From the NCBI GenBank assembly GCA_964019335.1, contig OZ025747.1, positions 186,001 through 250,000 of the forward strand: a DNA stretch of 64,000 nt, given 5' to 3'. Shown one piece after another: positions 21,382 through 32,390 of the stretch. A program made the translations under genes and the position numbers. Source of the stretch: Diplonema japonicum (lineage: Eukaryota > Protista > Euglenozoa: Diplonemea). Position 1 is the first letter of the stretch, and every line of letters begins with the position of its first letter. Below the pieces are notes generated by a model that was given only the letters and a program-made list of their open reading frames with translations, did not search any database and was not told where the DNA came from.

Positions 21382-22632
21382 ATGGATGCCGAGATTCTAA
21401 AAGCCTCTGCGGGGGCAGTGGGCCGGATTCTCGCGGTGAGCTGTGTGGGTGTGTATTGCGGTAAATATCCAAAGGAGGCCCCCTTGATGTCGCAGGAGGT
21501 TCGAAAGGGGATCGGAAAGCTGCTGCTGCAGATTCTGGTCCCCGCATTGGCCACGCACTCCGTGGCGACCAGCGTGACCGCCGAGGGCCTAAAAGAAATG
21601 TGGCCCTTGTTCGTGTGGTGCTTCATGTCAGTTCTACTCGGCTCCTCGTGTTCATATTTGGTGTCGAAAATGCTGTCACTTGAAGGTGCGTATCAAAAAG
21701 CCTTCATTGCAGCAGGCACATTTGGGAATAATGTAGGACTCCCCCTTCTAATCCTTGCAACGCTATGCAAAGAACCGCTTCTTCTCGACAAATATCCGGA
21801 TTGTAAAAGACAGTCTTTCGGGCTTATTATGCTGTACGGCATACCATGGAGGGTTGCAATGTTTGGGATAGCCATCCCGTTGCTTAAAAAAACAACGTGT
21901 GAAACGATAACGCCCGACGACGTGGGCGACATAGAAATGCTGGCTCAGAGCAACGAGGAGGAGGATTACCAAGAAGACCAGAGCCCGGCCGATGAAGCAG
22001 GAGAGGGTGTGGAAACATCAACAACAACAACACTGTCGATGTTCTACCGATTGCGCGAAAAGATTTCAAAACTTAAATTCAGAATTGATATCAACATCGC
22101 CGGCCCGTTGTTGGGCATTGTAATCGGTTCAATACCCGGGGTTCAAGATTTTCTAGTAGGAAACGGTACCTCAGCACCAACTCTCCCCGTTTTCGGTGAT
22201 TTACTGGAAACCTTAGGCGAGCCTGTAGTCGCTTTGTCTACCATGGTCTTGGCCGCAGCGCTCGTCCCAAAGGAAGGTTCTGTAAAAGAATTTTGCAAAC
22301 CTGAAGTTATCAAACAGGTAATCGGCCTCTGCACCGTTCGGTTCGCGATTGTCCCCGTGACCGGGTACGCCCTTGTGTATCTTTCCAAATCTTTTATGCC
22401 CGGGTCCGGACTTCAGTGGCTTGTCATCCTCATTGAATTCTCTGTCCCGTCTGCCCAGATAGTCATCGTTTCTATGGCCGCCATGGGCAAACACGTTCTA
22501 GCTTCTTCTATGGCCCCTGTCTATGCTGTTCAGTATATTTCTTGCATCTTTGCCCTAACTGCTTGGACCGCCGCTGCACTTTATCTTGTAAAGGATTTCG
22601 AGGATCTACCTCCTGTAGAGGCCGTCCTGTGA
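21382..22632 (+). CDS. Auxin efflux carrier / PIN-LIKES family membrane transporter
   Basis: Two TM bundles separated by an acidic loop; motifs FGNNVGLPL, LGEPVVALSTMVL, VRFAIVP and VPSA. Confidence 0.85.
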   Translation: MDAEILKASAGAVGRILAVSCVGVYCGKYPKEAPLMSQEVRKGIGKLLLQILVPALATHSVATSVTAEGLKEMWPLFVWCFMSVLLGSSCSYLVSKMLSLEGAYQKAFIAAGTFGNNVGLPLLILATLCKEPLLLDKYPDCKRQSFGLIMLYGIPWRVAMFGIAIPLLKKTTCETITPDDVGDIEMLAQSNEEEDYQEDQSPADEAGEGVETSTTTTLSMFYRLREKISKLKFRIDINIAGPLLGIVIGSIPGVQDFLVGNGTSAPTLPVFGDLLETLGEPVVALSTMVLAAALVPKEGSVKEFCKPEVIKQVIGLCTVRFAIVPVTGYALVYLSKSFMPGSGLQWLVILIEFSVPSAQIVIVSMAAMGKHVLASSMAPVYAVQYISCIFALTAWTAAALYLVKDFEDLPPVEAVL

Positions 22633-23130
22633 GAAGGAAAAAAAAAGTGGTTTTTTTATTACGTCCGATTATTAATCCAAGGGAAGAAAAAAAAAAAAAA
22701 AAAAAAAAAAAAAGCAGCTGCATTCAGAAAAGAGAAAAAGAAAAAAAAAGAAAGTAATTGTTTTTGACTATTATTATTTCCGATGTTCTTTTCACGTTGG
22801 TTACCAAGTGGAAGGGCTTTTCGTTTTTTAGTTTTGAAAGGGGGGTGGGGGGATGTTAACTTTTATTGTTTGCGCTCTTTTTTTTTTTTGGCGGGCCGTT
22901 GCTAACCACTTCGTTCCTATCATAGTGAATTCTTTTTCTCTTTTTTTTTTTTCTCTTCTTTCCCCTCTCCGTTCTCCCCACCACTATGGGATAGACGGAA
23001 TGGTGTTTTTTTTCTTTTTTTTTCTTTTTTTTTCTTTTTTTTTTTTTACTTTTCCCCGCTCCCCACCCCCTAAAAAAGTTTTATTGTAAAGGAGACGAAA
23101 AGGCGTTCCTATCACACGACTTTACGGGCG

Positions 23131-23164
<34 letters not shown>

Positions 23165-23279
23165 TTCTCCAGGGTTTCTACCCGGCTCCCCTACCCTCTC
23201 ATCAACATTTCTTTCGGTCGGTACACTCCCGCTTTTTTATTTAAAAAAAAAAAGTGACTGTCCACACACAACACGTAAC

Positions 23280-25577
23280 ATGGGTACCGCATTCTCCGTT
23301 GAGCACGCCGTTGCGGCGGTGAGGGATCTTTTGGCCGAACACAACGCGGCCGACGTCAAGGTCCCGATCGACAAGATCGCCAAGGTGGTGGAGATGGTGC
23401 AGGAAGTGAAGACCGCTGCATTCAACTCCCAATCGGCGCTCAACTCAGTAACCGATAAAATCCTCGAAACAAAGGGGACATGGCACGGCCTCGCACACGC
23501 AGGTGAGCTCATCGACGATGCCCACCATTTACTGGACCAGATGCAGCACCTCAAAGATCAATGGGTCGCCTTCAGCCACGACATTTCAGGGATATCTATC
23601 GCAGCGAAAAAGAAAATGCTGACGTGGGACGAGATCATGTCCGGTCCTAACGGCCCCATGCTGCTCATGGTCAGCTTTCTCGAGCACAATGACCTTGTCA
23701 ACGCGCAGCGTATATCTGACATATTCTCCAAGGAAGCCGTTGACGTCCATACCAGGGTTTACAAAATCGGGAAGGAGATTCACGACATGAGGGCAGAAAA
23801 ATCCCTTCTCGCACACAATGTCGACGCTGAATTGAGGACAAAGTACACCACGTTCGTCAGCAATCTTAAAACCGTTCTTTACGACACGAAGGATGTCTTG
23901 AGCAATATGAATGCTGCGGCGTCGTGTGTGTTGCAAAGCTTCACGGGGTTGATCAACAAGCACAAGATCAACGTGAAACCGGTTCCTCCCAGCGTGTGGG
24001 ACGTGCACAGAAACGGGAGGAACCTCGACAACTTCCCCGTTGTCGTCTCGCTGCCATTGTCCGAATTCGACGTTGTGTCGAAACACTCTGAACACAAGTT
24101 CAGCTACCTCGTTGACACCCCGGCGAAAAAAAGAAAAATCATCAACGACGAAGGCACTGTTGTTTCGATGGCACCGCGATCCCAACACCGTATGGTAGCA
24201 CTGGCGCTAACAGACAAAAAAGATGACGACGCGAAAACCAAGAGGAAGAAAGATCTTAAGATCGCTCAAGACAGAGCCTTCGCACAGGTCAACGGCCACC
24301 TGACAGCCCAGAAAGAAACCATGAAAAACGACATCACGAAGTCATCCGCCGTATCCGTTGCCGTAGAACAAGCCACCCCTGCAAAACCATCTGACAATGA
24401 CAACATTTGGGACCAGTTCGCAACCGCATCTAAAAACATCGGAGACTGGGCCGGAGAGTTCGTCACCGCCATGCAGAAAGCACCCATCGAGAATGACACA
24501 AGGAGGGAAATCTTCGATGTCTGCCAAACCTTCTACCACCTTATGCAGACAACCTCCCTGAAGCTTCAAGGCTACCGTCTCAGCATCGGTAAGATTGGAG
24601 CCACAATGGAAAACGTAATCAACGTCCTCATCCCGCCACAAGATATCCAACAAGACATGAAATCCATGGCCAACAACCCCGAGAAGGTCAAACAGATTCA
24701 AAGCTTTGCCAAAATGAACAAAGACGCGCTGAGCTCGTCCTTAAAGGACCTCTCGAAACTGTTGAACGACAACAAGGCTTTGAACGACCTGGAAGCCCTT
24801 CACAAGTCATGGGGCGACCTTCAAAAGTCCATTGAAAACGTACAGGTTGATGTGAAGCAGGACATCGAGGACTTTAAAAAAAGGATGAAAACAATTTCAT
24901 GGATCACAATGGGCATCACCGCAGTGGTGGGCCTTGTTGTTGTAATTGGAACAATGGGTGCAGCTGCACCCGAAGTCGCTGCTGTAGCAGGAGAGGAGGT
25001 CGCTGAAGAAGCTGCTATTGAAGCTTTGGAAGTTGGAACGGATGTAGCTGTCGACACAATGGTAGATGGTGCGGTAGATGGGGCAATCGATGCTGGTGAA
25101 GCAGAAGTGGAGGCGGAGGGTTCCGTCTCATCCTTTGGATCAAAAGCGTTGAACATCTTCACGAAAATTGGAAAGGGTATTGTCACAGTAGGCGTGCTTG
25201 GCGGGCTAAGCGAGGGTGCGAAAGCTCTTGTTGACAAAATCAAAGAGAACCAGCTGGAGGTTATCGGTGAAGCCAAGAAGGGTCTCGACCACATCGCCGA
25301 CGATGTAAACCTCATCGAGACAATGCTGTTCTTTATCTACAAGCATTGGTCCGAGCTCGATCAAGATCCCGTGCTGAACAACAATGATCCTTATGCGGCG
25401 CGCACTAAGGCGTGGGGGAGGGTGGATGTCAAGCCACTGTTGAAATCGCTCTCCTCGAACCAGGAGATTTTGGACACAATCGCAACACAGCTGAAGGCTA
25501 CCGAGGATGACATTGACGGTGAAATCGGAAATTACAACACACTTGTGTTTCAGCCGCTGCAGAAAATTTTCGGGTGA
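23280..25577 (+). CDS. 765-aa intronless alpha-helical protein with a hydrophobic hairpin-like region
   Basis: Long ORF starting MGTAFS, with heptad-rich helices. Hydrophobic segments ISWITMGITAVVGLVVVIGTMGAAA and IGKGIVTVGVLGGL are separated by an acidic linker. Confidence 0.85.
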   Translation: MGTAFSVEHAVAAVRDLLAEHNAADVKVPIDKIAKVVEMVQEVKTAAFNSQSALNSVTDKILETKGTWHGLAHAGELIDDAHHLLDQMQHLKDQWVAFSHDISGISIAAKKKMLTWDEIMSGPNGPMLLMVSFLEHNDLVNAQRISDIFSKEAVDVHTRVYKIGKEIHDMRAEKSLLAHNVDAELRTKYTTFVSNLKTVLYDTKDVLSNMNAAASCVLQSFTGLINKHKINVKPVPPSVWDVHRNGRNLDNFPVVVSLPLSEFDVVSKHSEHKFSYLVDTPAKKRKIINDEGTVVSMAPRSQHRMVALALTDKKDDDAKTKRKKDLKIAQDRAFAQVNGHLTAQKETMKNDITKSSAVSVAVEQATPAKPSDNDNIWDQFATASKNIGDWAGEFVTAMQKAPIENDTRREIFDVCQTFYHLMQTTSLKLQGYRLSIGKIGATMENVINVLIPPQDIQQDMKSMANNPEKVKQIQSFAKMNKDALSSSLKDLSKLLNDNKALNDLEALHKSWGDLQKSIENVQVDVKQDIEDFKKRMKTISWITMGITAVVGLVVVIGTMGAAAPEVAAVAGEEVAEEAAIEALEVGTDVAVDTMVDGAVDGAIDAGEAEVEAEGSVSSFGSKALNIFTKIGKGIVTVGVLGGLSEGAKALVDKIKENQLEVIGEAKKGLDHIADDVNLIETMLFFIYKHWSELDQDPVLNNNDPYAARTKAWGRVDVKPLLKSLSSNQEILDTIATQLKATEDDIDGEIGNYNTLVFQPLQKIFG

Positions 25578-25738
25578 TTTTTTTTTTCTTTTTTTTTTTT
25601 TTTTCTTTTTTTTTTTTTAACGTTTTCAAAACCGAAGAAATCACTTTTATTAATCCCCTCTCCCCCCTTCCTCACGTTGTTCACGTTAGCAGAAAAAAAA
25701 AAAAAATGCAAAAAGGGAAGAAAAAAAAATATATATAT

Positions 25739-26769
25739 GAGCTTGTCCGAAAAAAAATGTCAACAAATGACCCTCTTTTGCAACGGAAAATCCTCGGAAA
25801 ATTTCTAAGTACAAAAGTAGTCCGACACCACTTTGTGTGCAGAATTGTCGTCTAAGCTTGAACACCATATAGGTCACAATGCACGCCGTTTGTTTCATTT
25901 CTAAAACGCACGTGCAAAAACATGCTTTTTAGAATGGTTTTTTTTAGTTTTTGTCATCCGGAAATTGTAAATAACCCAGGCTCTATATTCCTTTTTTTGT
26001 TTTCTTCAATGAAAAGCGAGAAGAAATGGACGCAGATGGGAAATCTGTGAAACTTAGGGGGTCATTTTGGGTGGTTTGGGCTCTTTATCACAATTAAAAT
26101 GGGGTGGGGAAAATACTGCCATTTTGGCCTATTTTAGGCTACAATGCCCATTTTAGGCTAAAATCCCTTAAGGGCCCTTTAAAAGCAAACTTCTCAATTT
26201 ATAATTTGTCATGAGTAAGAAAAAAAATGACAAACCTCAGCAGATTGGTAGAGAATGCATGTATGGCCCCAAAGATACCGATGTTGAGCAGGCAAGTGTT
26301 AAGAATTGGTTTTCAGGAAAATGGACCTTTAGGCGAATTCCCTTAGGAACCCCTCGAAAAAGCAAAAAATAGGGCTAAAAAAAACCGGGTTTTTGGGGGC
26401 TATGCAACGCCATATATTTTTCGCTAAGTACTTTTAACAGTAACCCGACCCTGGGTTGTACCCAGGGGTCACAAAGGTGTGTGTTCACCACTTTTATGCA
26501 CCCCCCCCCCCCCCCCCTAAGCGCTGCATTTCAAGCTTTTAAGCTGCATTTTAAACATTTTTCGTCGTTTTTCTGACCTCTGTTTTTCGCTTCCCGGGGG
26601 CAACCGGTTGCAAAGCCTGCCACCCTCATGGCAAAACAAGCATCGCAATTGAAAGAACGGCGTCCTATGGTTGCATGCTGCCCTTTTTTTGCTCAAATAA
26701 TCAAAACAAGAAATTTTCGGAGGTGCCCAAAAAAGTGTTGACATTTTTTTTTTTTTTTCGGACGAGCTC
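25739..26769. mobile_element. Non-autonomous TIR DNA transposon (GAG...CTC termini; Sola-like)
   Basis: TIR GAGCT(T/C)GTCCG(A)nTGTCAACA at both ends, flanked by ATAT. No coding capacity seen. Confidence 0.85.
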
Positions 26770-27487
26770 ATATATAAATAAACCACATATGATATACAAA
26801 AGCTGGGGGAGAAAAAAAAAAAAGAAATGATTGGTCTTCTTTCTTTTCTTTTTTTTTGTCGTTAGGCGATCCTGTCACATACTGCAGGTTCCCTCAACGA
26901 CAGCTTTTTTTTTTAATGTTTTTTTTTCAAAAAAAAAAAAAAGAATACACAAGAAACGCGCATGCTCAAAAGAAGAAAAAAACAACAACAATAATAATAA
27001 TAATAATAATAGGTAATCTAATCTTTTTTTTTTTCTACCTCTTTATTTTTTGCCTTATTCTTGGCCTCCTTTCATTTCAACTTTCTTCTTCTTCTTCCGT
27101 TGTATTTTTTTTTCTCCCCCGCCCCCCTATTTCTTTTCTTTCTTTTCTTTCTTTTTGCCCGTGGGTGTTGAGTATTCTTCCCTCAAGACATTCCGCCTGC
27201 GATAAAAGAGAAATGAAGTGAAAATGGAAAAGGGGGGGAACGAAGGGAAAAGAAGAAGGAAAAACAAAAAAAAAAGGCAATATTCGGAAAAGTGGTAGAA
27301 AAAAAAAAAAGAAGTTTTTTGTACGGGAAAAAAAAAAAAAAAAAAAAAAAAGCATGACGGGTTTCTTTTTCCTTTTATTTATCCCCCCCCCCAAACAATT
27401 AACGTAAAAAAATTTTTTTTTGTTCTCTCTCTTATTTTTATTTTTTTTTCTTTCCTACCGATTTCCATCAATGTACTCAACCCAAAG

Positions 27488-27528
<41 letters not shown>

Positions 27529-27529
27529 C

Positions 27530-28138
27530 ATGAACACTCCAGAAGACATTACAGCATTTCGCGAGGAGTACTGCAAACCTTATAATGGCCCTGTGGTAGG
27601 GGTTGATCACCTGGCGTTGACATGCTCTGATTTGAAGAAAACTCTGGATTTCTACTGCAAGGGGATCGGCTTCCCCCTGTTAAAGGTGATCGAGGTGGAT
27701 GGGCACGGGTGGCACATTTTTCTTGACATGGGTAACGGGGAATCGTTGGCTTTCTTCTGGTTTGCAAAAGGGAAGCCCCACGCACCAGGAATCGCCAACG
27801 CCGTGAGTTTGACAAAAATCACCACCGCTCCGGGCTCCATGAACCATGTCGCCTTCAGGGTACAATCCTACAGCTCACTCGTCTCTTTCCGAAAACAGCT
27901 AATTTCTCGTGGAATAAAGGTGACCCCCGTAGTCCACCATGGCCCCGATTCCGTAACCGCCAAGTTCCAGCCTGATTCCACAGAGTTCTCTTCCGTCTAT
28001 ACCCATGACCCGGATGGGGTGATGTTGGAGTTCGTCTATACCAACACCGACCTCACCCGCTGCGATTTGCACGTGAAAACCGACCCCCGAAAATTAGGCG
28101 CGCCCGATAGAAGAATTGTAAGAGCCGCCAAGCTATGA
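27530..28138 (+). CDS. VOC/glyoxalase family protein, bacterial-like
   Basis: Motifs VDHLALTCSD..TLDFY, HIFLDMGNGESLAFFWF, MNHVAF and SVYTHDPDGVMLEF; intronless; ends in AKL (PTS1-like). Confidence 0.92.
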   Translation: MNTPEDITAFREEYCKPYNGPVVGVDHLALTCSDLKKTLDFYCKGIGFPLLKVIEVDGHGWHIFLDMGNGESLAFFWFAKGKPHAPGIANAVSLTKITTAPGSMNHVAFRVQSYSSLVSFRKQLISRGIKVTPVVHHGPDSVTAKFQPDSTEFSSVYTHDPDGVMLEFVYTNTDLTRCDLHVKTDPRKLGAPDRRIVRAAKL

Positions 28139-28372
28139 TGTTTAGAAGAAAACGAGAAAAAAAACAAAAAAAAAAATCCCTTCCTTGTGGCGTGGGAAAA
28201 AAAAAAAAAAAAAAAAAAAATGTGCTCATACCTATCGTCCACGAACAACGATACATTAAATCGTTGTTATGAAAAAAAAAAAAAAAAAAAAAAAAAAAAA
28301 CGTTTTTTTCTTTTTCTTTTTTTTTTTTTCTTGTTACCCGAAGTTTTTTCAAAGGAAACAAAAAAAAAAAAA

Positions 28373-29302
28373 ATGAAAACAATCTCCGTGTTGGGAAGGC
28401 GGCACTGCAGCAGCCTTGTTGCCATGTGCCGTATGCGTGTTGAAGAGCACATCACAGAGGCGACGAATGAAACGGACATGAGAAAAAAATTGGAGACGGG
28501 TAGAATCCTGTACAAAAAACCGTGCACGGCCTTAAGCAACACGGAGACCGTGGTGGTGGAATGGGGGGAGAACAACACAAAACCCACCTACCGATCGCTA
28601 CACTTCAACCAGGAGCACCATCAGTACAACTGTACTGTTCAATCAATGATAAGATGGAAAGACGGGAAACCAGGAAACACATTTGAACTCAAATACCTAA
28701 GTGGCCTAGCACACGGCACCACTTTAGCCTCAACGATAAATCACAACAAAACGAATGAAATTCTATGTTTAGGTTGCGGAGCTGGTGTCCTCCCAAGACT
28801 GCTGCATGAATCTCGGATCGGCAAAATAACATGTGTTGAGGTTGAACAAACAGTTATCACAGCGGCAAAAGAATTCTTTGGGTACCCCACCAGCAATGTG
28901 CGGACTGTACTTGCTGACGGCTCTGCGTTTCTCCGTGATCCTATTCTTCCTTTCTATAATATGATTTTCTTAGACGCTTATGAGAATTCAGAGCTCCCTG
29001 CTTCCATGTCTTGCGTGGCTTCGCTTCTATCTTCTTGTAAAAAAATCTCCCTCCCCACCACCGTTGTCACCGGTAATCTTATTTACTACAACTCCGTAGA
29101 GCGGGAGGAGCTTCTCTCCCATTGGGGTCAGCAGTTCAAATACCTGCACCTCATCGTTGTTGATGATCACCAGTCCATCATTCACGCGACGAACTCAGAA
29201 TCTGTTTCGAGGGAAGTCGCCTTGAAATCTGCTCGAAACGTTGTGCGCACTACTGGTCTTGACCTCGACATAAGCATGCTTGACTCTTACACTGTTGTTT
29301 AG
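28373..29302 (+). CDS. Spermidine-synthase-like SAM-dependent methyltransferase
   Basis: Motifs ILCLGCGAGVLP, VEVE..VI..AKEFFG, ADG..FL and IFLDAY. Confidence 0.88.
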   Translation: MKTISVLGRRHCSSLVAMCRMRVEEHITEATNETDMRKKLETGRILYKKPCTALSNTETVVVEWGENNTKPTYRSLHFNQEHHQYNCTVQSMIRWKDGKPGNTFELKYLSGLAHGTTLASTINHNKTNEILCLGCGAGVLPRLLHESRIGKITCVEVEQTVITAAKEFFGYPTSNVRTVLADGSAFLRDPILPFYNMIFLDAYENSELPASMSCVASLLSSCKKISLPTTVVTGNLIYYNSVEREELLSHWGQQFKYLHLIVVDDHQSIIHATNSESVSREVALKSARNVVRTTGLDLDISMLDSYTVV

Positions 29303-29480
29303 ACTTTTTTTTGTTTTGTTTTTGTTTTTGTTTTTGTATGAAAGAGCCTATCCCAAACACTTTCCTCGCAGCACGGGTGGGGAAGGGGAGGGGTGTGTGT
29401 GTGTTACCCCCCCCCCCCCCCCCCCCACAATCTTTTTTTAATTTAAACACGCATACAAACAACACCGCCAAGAAAAAAAA

Positions 29481-30503
29481 ATGAGTGAAGAGTGGGAACA
29501 GGAACTGAAGGAGGCGGAGGATAACCTGAACACACATGTAAAGGAGTTGGTATGTGAAACAAAAAAAAAAAAAAGAAAAAGAAAAAACAAAAAAAAGGGT
29601 AAGTTGAAAACAGAATATGACCACAATCTGAACAAGCTCACGGAGAGCTACTACCCAAAAATGCGACCGTTGAAAGTGCAGGTGTATCACTCCCTGCAGG
29701 TACGGAGGTTTTTGGAGAAGGAGATCGAATGGTTGGAAATAGTGTTCGAGAAGTGCAAGAAGATAGGCGATGGGGTCTTCAGAGAAGAGAAGGACCTGGC
29801 AAGGGAAAGGGCGGAGATGATCGCGACGACCGCACCCATTTTCGACAAGTCGATCGAATCCCTAACGACGCTGAAAAAAGAAGACCTGCTAGTAATGAGA
29901 AAGTACGAGCATCCACCACAGCTTATCTTGGAAACGATGGACGCAGTGATGACCTTAAGGGGGGAAGATCATGGTGGGTCGGCAGAGAAGGCTTGGGAAG
30001 AGGCAAAATACCTTTTGTGCGATACGTATTTCTTTGCATTTTTTGTGTCGAAAGCGAAGAACTTCGACAGAAGTTTGCTGACAGACGAAATTCTCGACAA
30101 GCTAAGCAAATTCACATCGTCACCAGACTTTGAACCAAAGGTAGTCATTGAAGCATCTGTTCCCTGCTCTGCAATTTGTGAATGGATACGTGCTTTGTAC
30201 GAAATCGCAAAAGTTAATAGAATCACAGATGTCAAGAGTCGAACACAGACTGAGATCGAGGCCGATCTAGCAGCTGCAAAGGAAAAGCTGCACATCAAGA
30301 CGCGGGAGACCGCCGGGGCCGAGCAGAAGCTCATCGCGCTCCAGCAGGAGTTCGAGCAGCGGCGCTACGACCTGAAGGACCGCTACGACCACACCATGAA
30401 CCCCCTTCAGGAGCGCTTCCTCGAAGCCCACCACCACTACGGAGAGACGTTCTGCTCCCCAAGACGGCAAAGGCTCGCCACAAGCATCGAAACTGCCTCT
30501 TGA
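29481..30503 (+). CDS. Stand-alone dynein heavy-chain stalk / microtubule-binding-domain protein; intron 29550-29597 (or 29603)
   Basis: Motifs LKKEDL..MRKY..PP, WEEAK.LL, FEP......S.PC.AIC.WIRA, flanked by coiled coils. The poly-Lys in the ORF is an in-frame GTATGT..AAG intron. Confidence 0.82.
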   Translation: MSEEWEQELKEAEDNLNTHVKELVCETKKKKRKRKNKKKGKLKTEYDHNLNKLTESYYPKMRPLKVQVYHSLQVRRFLEKEIEWLEIVFEKCKKIGDGVFREEKDLARERAEMIATTAPIFDKSIESLTTLKKEDLLVMRKYEHPPQLILETMDAVMTLRGEDHGGSAEKAWEEAKYLLCDTYFFAFFVSKAKNFDRSLLTDEILDKLSKFTSSPDFEPKVVIEASVPCSAICEWIRALYEIAKVNRITDVKSRTQTEIEADLAAAKEKLHIKTRETAGAEQKLIALQQEFEQRRYDLKDRYDHTMNPLQERFLEAHHHYGETFCSPRRQRLATSIETAS

Positions 30504-30710
30504 AAACCTATTTTTTTTTTTTCTTATTATTTTCCTTTTTTTTTTTTTTTTTTATGTTGTAAATAAAAAAATTTTTTTTCTTCAATCCCCTTTCCAGGGG
30601 TTTCTCTTTCTTTTTTTTTTTTTTAATTGTCCCCTCCCCGCTCTATTTCCCTCCCCTCTTTTTATTCTTGCTTTTTCACAAAAAAAAAAAAAAAAAAAAA
30701 AAAGTTGCAA

Positions 30711-30741
<31 letters not shown>

Positions 30742-30744
<3 letters not shown>

Positions 30745-32346
30745 AGCGACGAAAATGCGACGTTTGAGACGCTATCGGCACAGCTGACAGCGGTGAATGA
30801 AATGCTGACCACAACGCAGAAGGACATGGACGTGTTCTGGTTGATACTGGGAGGGGCCTTGGTGTTCTTCATGCAGTGCGGGTTCGGGATGCTCGAGGCG
30901 GGCTGCGTCCGCAGCACGAGCGTCGTCAACATTGTCTTCAAGAACCTCATGGACGCGTGTATCGGTGCCTTCTGCTTCTACATGATGGGGTGGGCCATTG
31001 CTTACGGCGACGACACGACATCTTCATCCCGCAACGGGTTTGTGGGCAACCAAGCCTTCTGGCTCGTCTCCGACGCCAACGGCGGGTACCAAACAGGCGT
31101 CGATAACGTTGCAGCACAAGGCGGCTTTGACACCTACACCTACGCCTTATGGTTCTACCAATTCGCGTTCTGCGCCACCGCCGGTACTATAGTGTCAGGC
31201 GCCATGGCGGAACGAACACAGCTCAACGCATATTTCGTTTACTCAGCATGGATTTGCGGTTTTGTATACCCGGTAGTGGTTCACTGGTGCTGGTCCAGCG
31301 CTGGATGGGCATCACCATTCGTCTCTGAAGAATCCAATTCCATGCAACGTCTTGGGAAAGGTTTGATGGATTTTGCCGGGTCGGGTGTTGTTCACATGGT
31401 GGGTGGTTTTTCCGCACTTGCGGGTGCCATCCTTGTCGGTCCGAGAAGAGGTAAGATGCCGGTTGTCTCGGAAAACGGAAAATCTGAGCGACCGTTTAGG
31501 TTCGATGAAGGCGCGAACCCCGCCGACTTCGAAGGGCACAACAAAGTATACCAGACACTTGGAATGTTTATTTTATGGGCCGGGTGGTACGGGTTCAACT
31601 GTTGCTCGACATTGACCTTAACCGCGCAGTCGTCGAAGGTTGCCGCAAAAGTAGCAGCGACAACGACTCTGGGAGCGGCGGGGGGAAGCTTTGCAGTACT
31701 ACTATTGGACGTTCTTCTTCAAAAATTATCGAACGACGACGGTGAGGTCTCCGGGGCGTGGTTGGAATGGGCCAGCGAAGAAAACGCTCAAAACGACTCG
31801 CAGATCGACCTCAGCAACCCTCCCCCTGAAGCCTACACAAACCACTCCGTAACTTACAACCTGTCAAAAGTCATTAATGGAATCCTTGCCGGGCTGGTAT
31901 CTGTAACGGCAGGATGCGCTTTGATCGAACCATGGGCTGCACTTGTTATCGGTGCCGTTGGTGGGCTGTTGTACTCTGCAGTGTCTCTTGCGATTGTGAA
32001 GGCTAAAATCGATGATCCTTTGGACGCATTTGCTGTTCATGGTGGATGTGGGTTTTGGGGTGTTATGGCGGTGGGGCTTTTCGCCACCAAGACGAATGTT
32101 GCTAATGTGTACGGGACTGCCTTCACGGAGGGCGACAACGACTACTACGGTGCGTTTTACGGTGGGGACGGGAAGCAGTTTGGTATTCAGATTCTTGTCG
32201 GTCTGGTGATTGCTGTTTGGTCGTTTGTTTTGTCGGGATCGGCGTTCCTTTCTCTGAAGGTGCTGGGCCACCTGCGAGCCCCTGACCACAAAGAGAATTT
32301 CAGTATCGACAAGCATGAGCACAATGTGTCCGGGTACGTGCATTAG
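30742..32346 (+). CDS. AMT: Ammonium transporter (Amt family)
   Basis: Motifs LVFFMQCGFGMLEAG, TIVSGAMAER, DFAGSGVVHMVGG, LW.GWYGFN and DDPLDAFAVHG. Confidence 0.98.
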
Positions 32347-32358
32347 AAGAGAAAAAAT

Positions 32359-32390
<32 letters not shown>

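Noticed and set aside
22906-23003. Imperfect inverted repeat around a T-rich loop; also small hairpins at 28244-28268 and 32751-32775
   Set aside because: Single-copy and short; not distinguishable from chance by eye.
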